This document shows, piece after piece, positions 24,864 through 32,548 of a stretch of 35,726 nt of DNA. The position numbers were made by a program, and so were the translations under genes. Numbering within the stretch: the stretch's first letter is position 1; each line of letters opens with the position of its first letter. This DNA comes from an uncultured Ruminococcus sp. (lineage in GTDB: Bacteria; Bacillota; Clostridia; Oscillospirales; CAG-272). The notes beneath the pieces were generated by a model. It was given only the letters and a program-made list of their open reading frames with translations, was not told where the DNA came from and searched no databases. The stretch is taken from NCBI GenBank assembly GCA_902765885.1, contig CACXBN010000186.1, positions 1 to 35,726 on the forward strand. Reading direction: 5' to 3'.

Positions 24864-27019
24864 TGGCAGAAGAGAAAAAATTAGAAGTAAAGGATCTAAG
24901 AATATCCTTTAAAACAAATAACGGAAAAGTTCAGGCAGTCAGAGACATCAGCTTTGATCTTTATAAAGGTGAAACACTCGCAATAGTCGGAGAATCCGGT
25001 TCCGGAAAATCCGTCACCAGCCGCGCTATAATGGGAATTCTTGCCGGAAACGCAATTAAGGAAGGCGGAAAAATCATATATGGCGATAAGGACCTCCTGA
25101 AAATATCCGAAGACGAATTTCACAGAATTCGCGGTGACAAAATCGCGATGATATTCCAGGATCCGCTTTCCAGCCTCAACCCAATCATGAGGATAGGACA
25201 GCAGCTGACGGAAGCAATGATCCTGAAAAACAAGGCTGCCCGTTCTGAATCAAAGAAAGCGCTTGGCAGAATGTTCAATGCGCTCGATTCAAAAATGAAG
25301 GCGGCAGGAGTTGAAGACGGCAGAGAGGATCTTGTAAAATTCAAAACATTCGGTGCCGTTCATTCAAAACTTCAGTCTGAATATACGGCAGCCAAGGACT
25401 ATGCCATCGAGGCACTTGCAAATGCCGAGAACCTTGTTTTAAGACTTGAGAACAAGGCTATAAACGGAATTGCACAGGATTTTGCAAAATTTGACCATGC
25501 CGCAAAAGGCTCAATCAGCAGATTTGTTGTATATGAGGATGCGGAAGAGCTTAAGAAGCTTCTTGACACTCTTAAGAAAGAAGAGGCTGAAGCCAAGAAG
25601 ACAAAAGAATACAGCCACCTTATCTCTGATTTGAAGAGAAGTGCTGAAATATTCACAAGGGCTATTGAAAAGGATGAACCCAACACATTCACTCTTGCAT
25701 ATTATCTTGCATTTGTAGATAAGAACATTCCTGAACAGCCCATAGCTGAAATGAACGAAATGACCCATAAACGCATTGAAGTTGACTATATGGATGCGTT
25801 TATGGAAAAAGCTCAGAAGGGTGTTGAGTATTCAGTCAAGGAAACCAACGAAGCAAGAAAAGCTGCAATAAAGCTTCTTCGCGAAAAAGTTTCTGTTCTG
25901 GAAAAAGAAAATCCTGATGTAAAAGAAACCAAGGCAGCTGTAAAAGAGATGAAGGACGCTGTAATCAAGTGCCTTGATCCTCTTGAAGTTGCTAAAGACA
26001 GTGAAACGCATACTTTTGCCACATCCATAGATTATGCCGTCGATTTCTACTTCGGAGGCTTCAAGAAAAACGCAAACGAAGAGAAAAGATATAACAAGCA
26101 GAAGGCAAAGCATGACAGGCTGACCGCCAGCGGCAAAACCCCCGACTGGGAAGTGGCTATGCCAAGCTACATAAATATGGATGCTGCACACAAAGATATG
26201 GTTGACACTGTCAATGATATGATAAAGCATTTTGAGCAGCAGCTTAAAAATAACGAAAACGCTGATTATCCTGCACGTACTCTTGAGGTTGTTGACTACC
26301 TGAAAGAACAGGCGGAATTATCAGTATATAAAATCACAAAGAGCGTAGCAAAAGAAAGAGCTATCAAGCTCATGGAAAATGTGGGAATCGATAACCCGAG
26401 AAGAAGATTCCGTCAGTACCCGTTTGAATTCTCAGGCGGTATGAGACAGCGTATTGTTATCGCCATTGCCCTAACGGCAAATCCGGACATACTTATCTGT
26501 GATGAGCCTACAACGGCGCTTGACGTTACGATACAGGCACAGATTCTTGAACTGATCAATGACCTGAAGAAACAGAGAAATCTATCCGTCATTTTCATTA
26601 CACATGACCTGGGTGTCGTTGCAAACATGGCAGACAGAATCGCCGTAATGTATGCAGGTAAGATAGTAGAGTACGGAACAGCGGATGACATTTTCTATGA
26701 TCCGGCTCACCCATATACATGGGCTCTGCTCTCATCGGTCCCTGATCTTGACACCAAAGAAAAATTGGCGTCAATTCCGGGAACACCTCCGAATATGATC
26801 TATCCTCCTAAAGGAGATGCATTCGCAGAACGTAATGTATATGCGCTGGAGATCGATTTCGAAGAGCAGCCACCGATGTTCAAGATATCTGATACACATT
26901 ATGCAGCAACATGGTTGTTACATCCTGATGCACCAAAACTGCAGAAGCCGGAAGTAATCACCGAAAGAATCGAAAGAATGAAACGCACGAGAGGTAATAA
27001 CGATGTCAGAGAACAATAA
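24863..27019 (+). CDS. ABC transporter ATP-binding protein, OppD/DppD-like, split by a ~375-aa insertion
   Basis: Walker A GESGSGKS, Q-loop IAMIFQDP, then a long Lys/Glu-rich segment. The ABC domain resumes at the signature FSGGMRQR, followed by Walker B ILICDEPTTALD, the H-loop ITHDLG and a C-terminal oligopeptide-ATPase tail (DPAHPYTWALLSSVP). Confidence 0.9.
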   Translation: MAEEKKLEVKDLRISFKTNNGKVQAVRDISFDLYKGETLAIVGESGSGKSVTSRAIMGILAGNAIKEGGKIIYGDKDLLKISEDEFHRIRGDKIAMIFQDPLSSLNPIMRIGQQLTEAMILKNKAARSESKKALGRMFNALDSKMKAAGVEDGREDLVKFKTFGAVHSKLQSEYTAAKDYAIEALANAENLVLRLENKAINGIAQDFAKFDHAAKGSISRFVVYEDAEELKKLLDTLKKEEAEAKKTKEYSHLISDLKRSAEIFTRAIEKDEPNTFTLAYYLAFVDKNIPEQPIAEMNEMTHKRIEVDYMDAFMEKAQKGVEYSVKETNEARKAAIKLLREKVSVLEKENPDVKETKAAVKEMKDAVIKCLDPLEVAKDSETHTFATSIDYAVDFYFGGFKKNANEEKRYNKQKAKHDRLTASGKTPDWEVAMPSYINMDAAHKDMVDTVNDMIKHFEQQLKNNENADYPARTLEVVDYLKEQAELSVYKITKSVAKERAIKLMENVGIDNPRRRFRQYPFEFSGGMRQRIVIAIALTANPDILICDEPTTALDVTIQAQILELINDLKKQRNLSVIFITHDLGVVANMADRIAVMYAGKIVEYGTADDIFYDPAHPYTWALLSSVPDLDTKEKLASIPGTPPNMIYPPKGDAFAERNVYALEIDFEEQPPMFKISDTHYAATWLLHPDAPKLQKPEVITERIERMKRTRGNNDVREQ

Positions 27020-28088
27020 TGACGTTTTATTAAAAGTTGAACACCTTTCGATGTATTTCGGACGCGGAAAAGCCGTAAATAAGGCTGTGAACGATGTTTC
27101 TTTCGATATAAAGAAAGGTGAAGTGTTCGGGCTTGTTGGAGAATCCGGATGCGGGAAAACCACGACCGGAAGAACCATTATAAGATTGTATGATGCTACG
27201 GCAGGCTCCGTCTATTTCAAAGGAGAGAGAATCGTAGCAGGAACCGGTCACTATCTTGATGAAATCAAGGAATTAAGAGAAAAAATCAAGCAATTGTCCT
27301 CTGATTCATCAGACCACTCCAAAGAAATTGATGAAGCAAAAGAAAGAATTGCAGAACTCAAAAAAGAAGTATCTCAGGCAAAGAAAGATCACAAGAATGC
27401 AGACAGGAAACTCGTAAATAAGATTCAAATGATTTACCAGGATCCTATAGCTTCTCTTGACCCCCGTATGACTATCAAAGAGATAGTCGCAGAGGGACTT
27501 CAGATTCAGGGCGTAAAAGACAAGGCGTATATTGAACAGCAGGTAATAAAAATGCTGGAAACTGTCGGCCTTGTTTCAGAGCATGCAACGAGATATCCGC
27601 ATGAGTTCTCAGGCGGGCAGAGGCAGCGTATCGGTATTGCTAGGGCAATCATAATGAAGCCTGAACTGATTATAGCAGATGAACCTATTTCAGCCCTTGA
27701 TGTTTCAATAAGAGCGCAAGTAATCAATCTGTTGAATGATCTGTGCAAGTCGATGGGACTGACTATACTTTTCATTGCCCATGACCTTTCGGTTGTCAAG
27801 TACTTCTCAAACAGAATAGGCGTAATGTACTATGGCAATATGGTGGAACTTGCAGAGTCAGATGAGCTGTTCAGACATCCGCTTCATCCATATACAAGAT
27901 CACTGTTGTCGGCTATCCCTCTTCCTGACCCGCACACTGAAAAAGGAAGAGAGAGGATCCGTTACAATCCTTTGACTGATCACAAGTATTCCACGGAGAA
28001 GCCGGAATTCCGAGAAGTATGCCCGGGACATTTTGTAAGGTGTACGCTCGAGGAATTTGATGAATATGTCAAAAAAGTTCAGGAATAA
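27003..28088 (+). CDS. ABC transporter ATP-binding protein, OppF/DppF-like, with a ~45-aa helical insertion
   Basis: Walker A GESGCGKT, Q-loop IQMIYQDP, signature FSGGQRQR, Walker B LIIADEPISALD, H-loop IAHDLS and tail HPLHPYTRSLLSAIP. Overlaps the upstream gene by 17 nt. Confidence 0.9.
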   Translation: MSENNNDVLLKVEHLSMYFGRGKAVNKAVNDVSFDIKKGEVFGLVGESGCGKTTTGRTIIRLYDATAGSVYFKGERIVAGTGHYLDEIKELREKIKQLSSDSSDHSKEIDEAKERIAELKKEVSQAKKDHKNADRKLVNKIQMIYQDPIASLDPRMTIKEIVAEGLQIQGVKDKAYIEQQVIKMLETVGLVSEHATRYPHEFSGGQRQRIGIARAIIMKPELIIADEPISALDVSIRAQVINLLNDLCKSMGLTILFIAHDLSVVKYFSNRIGVMYYGNMVELAESDELFRHPLHPYTRSLLSAIPLPDPHTEKGRERIRYNPLTDHKYSTEKPEFREVCPGHFVRCTLEEFDEYVKKVQE

Positions 28089-28096
28089 CCGGGAAG

Positions 28097-28546
28097 ATGA
28101 ATGAACTTAAAAAAGACAATAAAGAAAACGAGAAATCCGAAAGCAAGCCGTGGCTAAAATACCTCATCGCTTTTGGTGTGGGCCTGGTCATGATGGTTCT
28201 GCTTTTTTGGAGATTCGGACTGTTTTCAGGAGAAAAGCTTTACGACTTTGAAATATACAGAATAGTCGCCGACTCGTGCTTCGTTCCCGGAATATTGATA
28301 TTTTCAAGCGGAGCTCTTGTATGGGTGAGCAGAAACGGAGCATTTGATGCACTTGCATATTCTATAAAATATGTTTTCAACATCAGATTCAGAAGAGACA
28401 ATGAACTTACCAAAGAGACATTCTATGAGTATAAGGAAAGAAGATCCAAGGAGCCTAAAACTCCGTGTTTGTATCTTGTGCTCACCGGGGTGTTCTTTAT
28501 GGCGGTGGCGGCAGTCTTTGTAGTTCTGTTCAACAAAGCAATATAA
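28097..28546 (+). CDS. Small membrane protein, DUF3899-like
   Basis: 149 aa with three or four hydrophobic helices. The central SRNGAFDALAYSIKYVF...FYEYKE segment resembles my recollection of DUF3899; this was not searched. It lies 8 nt after the OppF-like stop. Confidence 0.55.
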   Translation: MNELKKDNKENEKSESKPWLKYLIAFGVGLVMMVLLFWRFGLFSGEKLYDFEIYRIVADSCFVPGILIFSSGALVWVSRNGAFDALAYSIKYVFNIRFRRDNELTKETFYEYKERRSKEPKTPCLYLVLTGVFFMAVAAVFVVLFNKAI

Positions 28547-28553
28547 TAAAAAC

Positions 28554-28589
28554 AAAAAAGGGATAAGCGAATAGTTTATCCCTTTTTTT
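28554..28589 (+). terminator. Intrinsic terminator ending the ABC operon
   Basis: AAAAAAGGGATAA (28554-28566) / TTATCCCTTTTTTT (28576-28589). This is a classic hairpin plus T-run. Confidence 0.8.
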
Positions 28590-28644
28590 AAAACAATCAT
28601 GTTTGTTAAATAAAAATAGTGTATAAAGATTTGTGGGGAGAGTT

Positions 28645-30357
28645 ATGAAAAAGTTCACTTTTGGCATTCCGGATGAATTTGCGCCAAGCAGATTTTCAAG
28701 GGCCCTTAATTACACTGAAACAGAGACGAAAATCACAAAAGATTTTTTTAAAACCAAGAAAACCAAGGCGGGCTTTGTTATTGAATTTCCCTTGGAAAAC
28801 GGTACGCAGATATTCGGATTCGGATTACAGTTGAAACAGTTTAATCATACAGGTTCCAGAATCAAATTATGTGTAAACTCTGATCCGGTTTCAAAAAACG
28901 GTGATTCTCATGCACCTGTTCCTTTCTTCGCGACTAACAAGGGGTACGGGATGTATTTCGATACTTCCAGGTATGCTGAATTTTACTGCGGAAAAGTAAA
29001 AAAAGCAGAAAGAGCGAGAAGTGAAATACTTCCGGAAGGCGGAGGAGATACTGAAGCAGAACTTTATAAAATGAGAAAAGAAAGCGGCGTTGTAATGAGC
29101 GTCCTTATCCCTGCCTCCGATGGAATCGATATATATGTCTTCGAAGGTGAGAAGATAGTTGATATAGTTAAGCAATATAACATGCTCGCAGGCGGCGGCT
29201 GTGATGTGCCAGAGTGGGGACTTGGAATGCAGTACAGATGTTTCAACAGATGGAACAGCCAGAAGATAATAGAAACAGCGGAGCATTTAAAGGAAAAAAA
29301 TATTCCATGCAGCATGATAGGGGTCGAACCCGGATGGCACTCACACAAGTATCCGTGTACATTTGAGTGGGCTCTGAATAACTTTCCGGACCCTGATGCA
29401 TTTCTCCAAAAAATGAAAGAACTCGGCTTGCATGTCAACCTGTGGGAGCATGCATATACACACCCCGAAAGCTGTTTGTTTGAGCCGCTTTATCCATATT
29501 CGGCGGATTACCTGCTTTGGGGAGGATTGATCCCTGATTTTGCAAAGGAAGAAGCCAGAAAGATTTTTACAGACCATCATAAAAAACTTGTGAAGCAGGG
29601 TGTTGACGGTTTTAAACTTGATGAATGTGATTCCGGGGATTATGTGGGAAGCTGGGGCTTTCCGCTCCTAACTGAATTTCCATCTGGCCTGGATGGAGAA
29701 CAATACCATTCGATGTTCGGAGTTCTTTATGCGCAGGTGCTTTTAGACGCACTTGAAGAGAAGCCGACCTATTCTTTGATCAGACAGATGGGAGCTCTTG
29801 CTGCGCCATATCCTTTTGTCTTATACAGTGATCTTTACGATCCGAATGACTTTGTCAGAGGAGTGGTGAATTCGGGATTTTCCGGATTATTATGGACACC
29901 GGAGTTCAGGCAGTGCTGGAATAAAAAAGAATGCATAAGAAGACTGCAGGCTGTTGCCTTCTCAGCCATGTGTCTTGTCAATGCATGGAACTATGATGGA
30001 ATACCGTGGGAAATGCTGGATTGTGAAGACGAAGTAAGGAAGATTTTCGAAGAGCGGTACAGACTGATTCCCAGACTCAAAAAAGCTTTTGAAAAGTATA
30101 ACAAAGAAGGAGTTCCTCCGATAAGAGCGCTTGTAATGGATTACACGTTCGATGTGGAAACTTATCAGATAGACAACGAATGGCTGCTTGGCGACGACCT
30201 CCTTGTGGCTCCGATTACTACATGGGAATCTGATGAAAGAAAAGTATATCTGCCGAGAGAATCGGAATGGGTGGACTATTATACGAACGAGCCTGTGGAA
30301 TCCGGATGGTCAGATGTGATCAATCAAAAAATACCTGTTTTCAGGAAAATCAAATAA
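28645..30357 (+). CDS. Glycoside hydrolase family 31-like (alpha-glucosidase/alpha-xylosidase type), cytoplasmic
   Basis: GVDGFKLDECD resembles the GH31 nucleophile region (for example GVDCFKTDFGE of YicI), with a (beta/alpha)8-like context. No signal peptide. The ORF opens at GTG 28633, but ATG 28645 follows the GGGGAGAG SD. Confidence 0.72.
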   Translation: MKKFTFGIPDEFAPSRFSRALNYTETETKITKDFFKTKKTKAGFVIEFPLENGTQIFGFGLQLKQFNHTGSRIKLCVNSDPVSKNGDSHAPVPFFATNKGYGMYFDTSRYAEFYCGKVKKAERARSEILPEGGGDTEAELYKMRKESGVVMSVLIPASDGIDIYVFEGEKIVDIVKQYNMLAGGGCDVPEWGLGMQYRCFNRWNSQKIIETAEHLKEKNIPCSMIGVEPGWHSHKYPCTFEWALNNFPDPDAFLQKMKELGLHVNLWEHAYTHPESCLFEPLYPYSADYLLWGGLIPDFAKEEARKIFTDHHKKLVKQGVDGFKLDECDSGDYVGSWGFPLLTEFPSGLDGEQYHSMFGVLYAQVLLDALEEKPTYSLIRQMGALAAPYPFVLYSDLYDPNDFVRGVVNSGFSGLLWTPEFRQCWNKKECIRRLQAVAFSAMCLVNAWNYDGIPWEMLDCEDEVRKIFEERYRLIPRLKKAFEKYNKEGVPPIRALVMDYTFDVETYQIDNEWLLGDDLLVAPITTWESDERKVYLPRESEWVDYYTNEPVESGWSDVINQKIPVFRKIK

Positions 30358-30370
30358 CAAACAACAAAAA

Positions 30371-30398
30371 AGCGGCTGAATCAAAATCAGCCGCTTTT
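30371..30398. terminator. Bidirectional intrinsic terminator (GH31 on +, tRNA operon on -)
   Basis: AGCGGCTGA (30371-30379) / TCAGCCGCT (30387-30395), flanked by an A-run upstream and TTTT downstream. Confidence 0.8.
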
Positions 30399-30408
30399 AA
30401 AACTCAAA

Positions 30409-30480
30409 TGACCCGAGGGGGAATTGAACCCCCGTTACTGCCGTGAAAGGGCGGTGTCTTAACCTCTTGACCATCGGGCC
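30409..30480 (-). tRNA. tRNA-Glu (anticodon TTC), 72 nt, CCA not encoded
   Basis: Hand fold: acceptor GGCCCGA/TCGGGTC, anticodon loop CTTTCAC, T arm GGGGG-TTCAATT-CCCCC. It is close to the B. subtilis tRNA-Glu as I recall it. There is one C28-A42 mismatch in the anticodon stem. Confidence 0.88.
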
Positions 30481-30505
30481 GAAACTATTGCACACATTCC
30501 TCAAA

Positions 30506-30582
30506 TGGTAGCGGAGATTGGACTTGAACCCATGACCTACCGGGTATGAACCGGTTGCTCTAGCCAACTGAGCTACTCCGCC
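30506..30582 (-). tRNA. tRNA-Met (anticodon CAT, elongator-like; tRNA-Ile2/lysidine not excluded), 77 nt with encoded CCA
   Basis: Acceptor GGCGGAG/CTCCGCT (G1-U72), D arm GCTC-AGTTGGCTA-GAGC, anticodon stem-loop ACCGG-TTCATAC-CCGGT, then discriminator A and CCA. It lacks the initiator hallmarks (no C1-A72, no GGG/CCC anticodon stem). There is a G51-A63 mismatch in the T stem. Confidence 0.82.
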
Positions 30583-30611
30583 ACATGCGATGCATTCTTT
30601 GCAACGGGCAC

Positions 30612-30641
30612 ATTATAGCATAATTAATTCATATTTGTCAA
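30612..30641 (-). promoter_or_regulatory. Near-consensus sigma-A promoter for the tRNA-Met/tRNA-Glu operon
   Basis: On the minus strand: TTGACA (30641-30636), 18-nt spacer, extended -10 TGcTATAAT (TATAAT at 30617-30612), about 30 nt upstream of the tRNA-Met 5' end. Confidence 0.7.
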
Positions 30642-30745
30642 TCATTTTTTGAAATTGTGAAGAAAAAAACCACATTGGTAAAACTCACGTAAAATTCAGG
30701 TATAATTCACAGTAAAATAATGCAGAAGAATGCAACAAAATTCAT

Positions 30746-30780
30746 AGAATACTATTCACCTGTTCGGTGAATAGTATTCT
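30746..30780 (-). terminator. 15-bp perfect hairpin overlapping the last codons and stop of the phosphodiesterase-LamG gene (probable terminator)
   Basis: AGAATACTATTCACC (30746-30760) / GGTGAATAGTATTCT (30766-30780) with a 5-nt loop. The minus-strand transcript continues AUGAAUUUUGUUG. Confidence 0.55.
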
Positions 30781-32483
30781 GACAGCGCATGTATTTCCTC
30801 ACTGCCTATCGCTTTGTTAAATATAATGATATCATCGAATGAAATACAGGATCTGTCGTTATAGTGTGACATCATGAGGCCATGCATGCTTCCTTTAAAC
30901 GATTCTGAGTTTACCTCTTCGGGAATCTCAAATTCGATTAATTCTCCGAAATCTGTGCTTACTCCTATTTTGCCGTCATTACGATTTACAACAAATGTTA
31001 GATGCATCCATCCGTTTGCATAATTATCCGGCAGCTCGAAATCGTATTTTACCTGTGTTCCGTTTTGTTTGAGATGGAACTCGATGTATGGTTTTTCGTA
31101 TCTGAGTGTAAACCCGTCTGTTTCTTCGATATAATAGTAATCGGTGTTGGTGACTATCGGAATATTTATGGTTCCGCTGAAAATCTCTATCCACATTGAT
31201 ATCGAAAAACTGGAGTTAACCGGGTCAAATGAGTTTGTAATGCAGGCGTCATCCATTCTTGCTGCTGAGCCGAACACTGCATCATCTACATAGTGTATTT
31301 TTCCCTTTGGAGATGCTTTGAAAGCACCGAGTTCACTGCTTGTTTTGTTATTGTCAAATGTAATATATTCTACAATAAGATCTTCGGGGATATAATCAGT
31401 CAGATATCTGCCTGATTCGGGTGATGGTGTTTGTCTTCCTATGTTGTCAAATCTTGAATTTTCGGGAAAATAAGGAATAGTTCTTTCCTCTCCTTCAACT
31501 CCTTTAAACAGATTAGACGGGACCACAGAGGTCCATGTCGGAGATTTCTCGATATTTAAAGCGTATGCAATTATTGCCGGTATATCTCGGATTTCCATTG
31601 GCCCTATCTCACCTTTGACAACGGTTTTACCGGCGGCAGCAACCATTATGTTCATTTCTTCAGGAGATGAGCCTCCATGCTGACCTTCCGGAGTACCGCC
31701 GTGATCGGTCGTGACTATGAAAAGGGTATCATCAGACATTTCCATGGACACTAGCTTATCGTAAATTCTACCGATGTATTTATCAACCACTCCTATTTGT
31801 ATAAGGTGTTCTTTGGAGCCATATCCGAATGAATGGCCTGCGGTGTCGGGACTTCCGAAATACACAAAAAGCAATTTTGGATCATTGAGTTCAAGATAAT
31901 TGCAAACCTTATTTGCAACCTGTTCTTCATTGCCCGAATCCGTATATGTTCCGAGATTTTTTTCTATTACCACTTCGTTGAAATAATTCCAGTTAACAAT
32001 TGAGGCCATTTCACAGTCCGGATCGGCTTCTCGAAGCACTCTGAAAATGCTGGGGTAAGGTGAGTCGGAAGGATATTCTTCGGTGGTTGAATTTGTAAGC
32101 CCATGATATACGGGAATTACACCATGCATAAGAGAACCCCATGATTGACCGCTTATAGACGGGGTAGCAGTTACCGCATTATATGTTACAGCTCCATTTT
32201 CAAATATCTTGTCGATGTTTGGTGTATGAGCATCCTTAAAAAAGGCTCCTGCACCGTCAACGCCAACGACTACTACTCGCTTATAAATACTGGATAAAGA
32301 TCTTCCGTTTTCTGCATATTCTTCATTAGTATGTGAGGTTGACCATGACAGCATCATCCTTGAATAACTGAATGCCGTAAACATTTTTTTGTTGAATTCT
32401 ACTCCATTAATTGTTATGGAGAAAATCAGCATGATAAGAGTAATCATTATCACTGAAAACTTATGTTTTAGATTCTTTTTCAT
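30756..32483 (-). CDS. Membrane-anchored alkaline-phosphatase-superfamily phosphodiesterase (NPP-like) fused to a C-terminal LamG/concanavalin-like domain
   Basis: N-terminal anchor MKKNLKHKFSVIMITLIMLIFSI. Metal and nucleophile motifs VVVVGVDGAG, TATPSISGQSWGSLMHG, FGSPDTAGHSFG and VTTDHGGTPEGQHGG. The C-terminus FDDIIIFNKAIGSEEIHAL is typical of LamG-type lectin-fold domains. The ORF opens at 32579, but ATG 32483 follows an AGGAGA SD. Confidence 0.75.
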   Translation of the reverse strand: MKKNLKHKFSVIMITLIMLIFSITINGVEFNKKMFTAFSYSRMMLSWSTSHTNEEYAENGRSLSSIYKRVVVVGVDGAGAFFKDAHTPNIDKIFENGAVTYNAVTATPSISGQSWGSLMHGVIPVYHGLTNSTTEEYPSDSPYPSIFRVLREADPDCEMASIVNWNYFNEVVIEKNLGTYTDSGNEEQVANKVCNYLELNDPKLLFVYFGSPDTAGHSFGYGSKEHLIQIGVVDKYIGRIYDKLVSMEMSDDTLFIVTTDHGGTPEGQHGGSSPEEMNIMVAAAGKTVVKGEIGPMEIRDIPAIIAYALNIEKSPTWTSVVPSNLFKGVEGEERTIPYFPENSRFDNIGRQTPSPESGRYLTDYIPEDLIVEYITFDNNKTSSELGAFKASPKGKIHYVDDAVFGSAARMDDACITNSFDPVNSSFSISMWIEIFSGTINIPIVTNTDYYYIEETDGFTLRYEKPYIEFHLKQNGTQVKYDFELPDNYANGWMHLTFVVNRNDGKIGVSTDFGELIEFEIPEEVNSESFKGSMHGLMMSHYNDRSCISFDDIIIFNKAIGSEEIHALSEYYSPNR

Positions 32484-32519
32484 AGCCCGTCTCCTGATAA
32501 TTACGAATGTAGTCACTAT

Positions 32520-32548
32520 ATGATACCAAAATCCACATTGAAAATCAA
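32520..32548 (-). promoter_or_regulatory. Candidate sigma-A promoter for the phosphodiesterase-LamG gene
   Basis: On the minus strand: TTGATT (32548-32543), 17-nt spacer, extended -10 TGgTATCAT (TATCAT at 32525-32520). Confidence 0.45.

Noticed and set aside
25399-26230. Cluster of 70-130-aa minus-strand ORFs within the OppD-like insertion
   Set aside because: Lys/Glu-rich sense codons (AAG/GAA) give stop-poor Leu/Phe/Ser-rich antisense frames. The sense frame is continuous with intact ABC motifs on both sides, so these are not separate genes.
30756-32483. Alkaline-phosphatase-superfamily domain considered as a PglZ-like (BREX) defence component
   Set aside because: The protein has an N-terminal secretion anchor and a LamG domain. 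No methyltransferase, ATPase (BrxC) or protease partners are present. The motifs fit NPP-type phosphodiesterases better.
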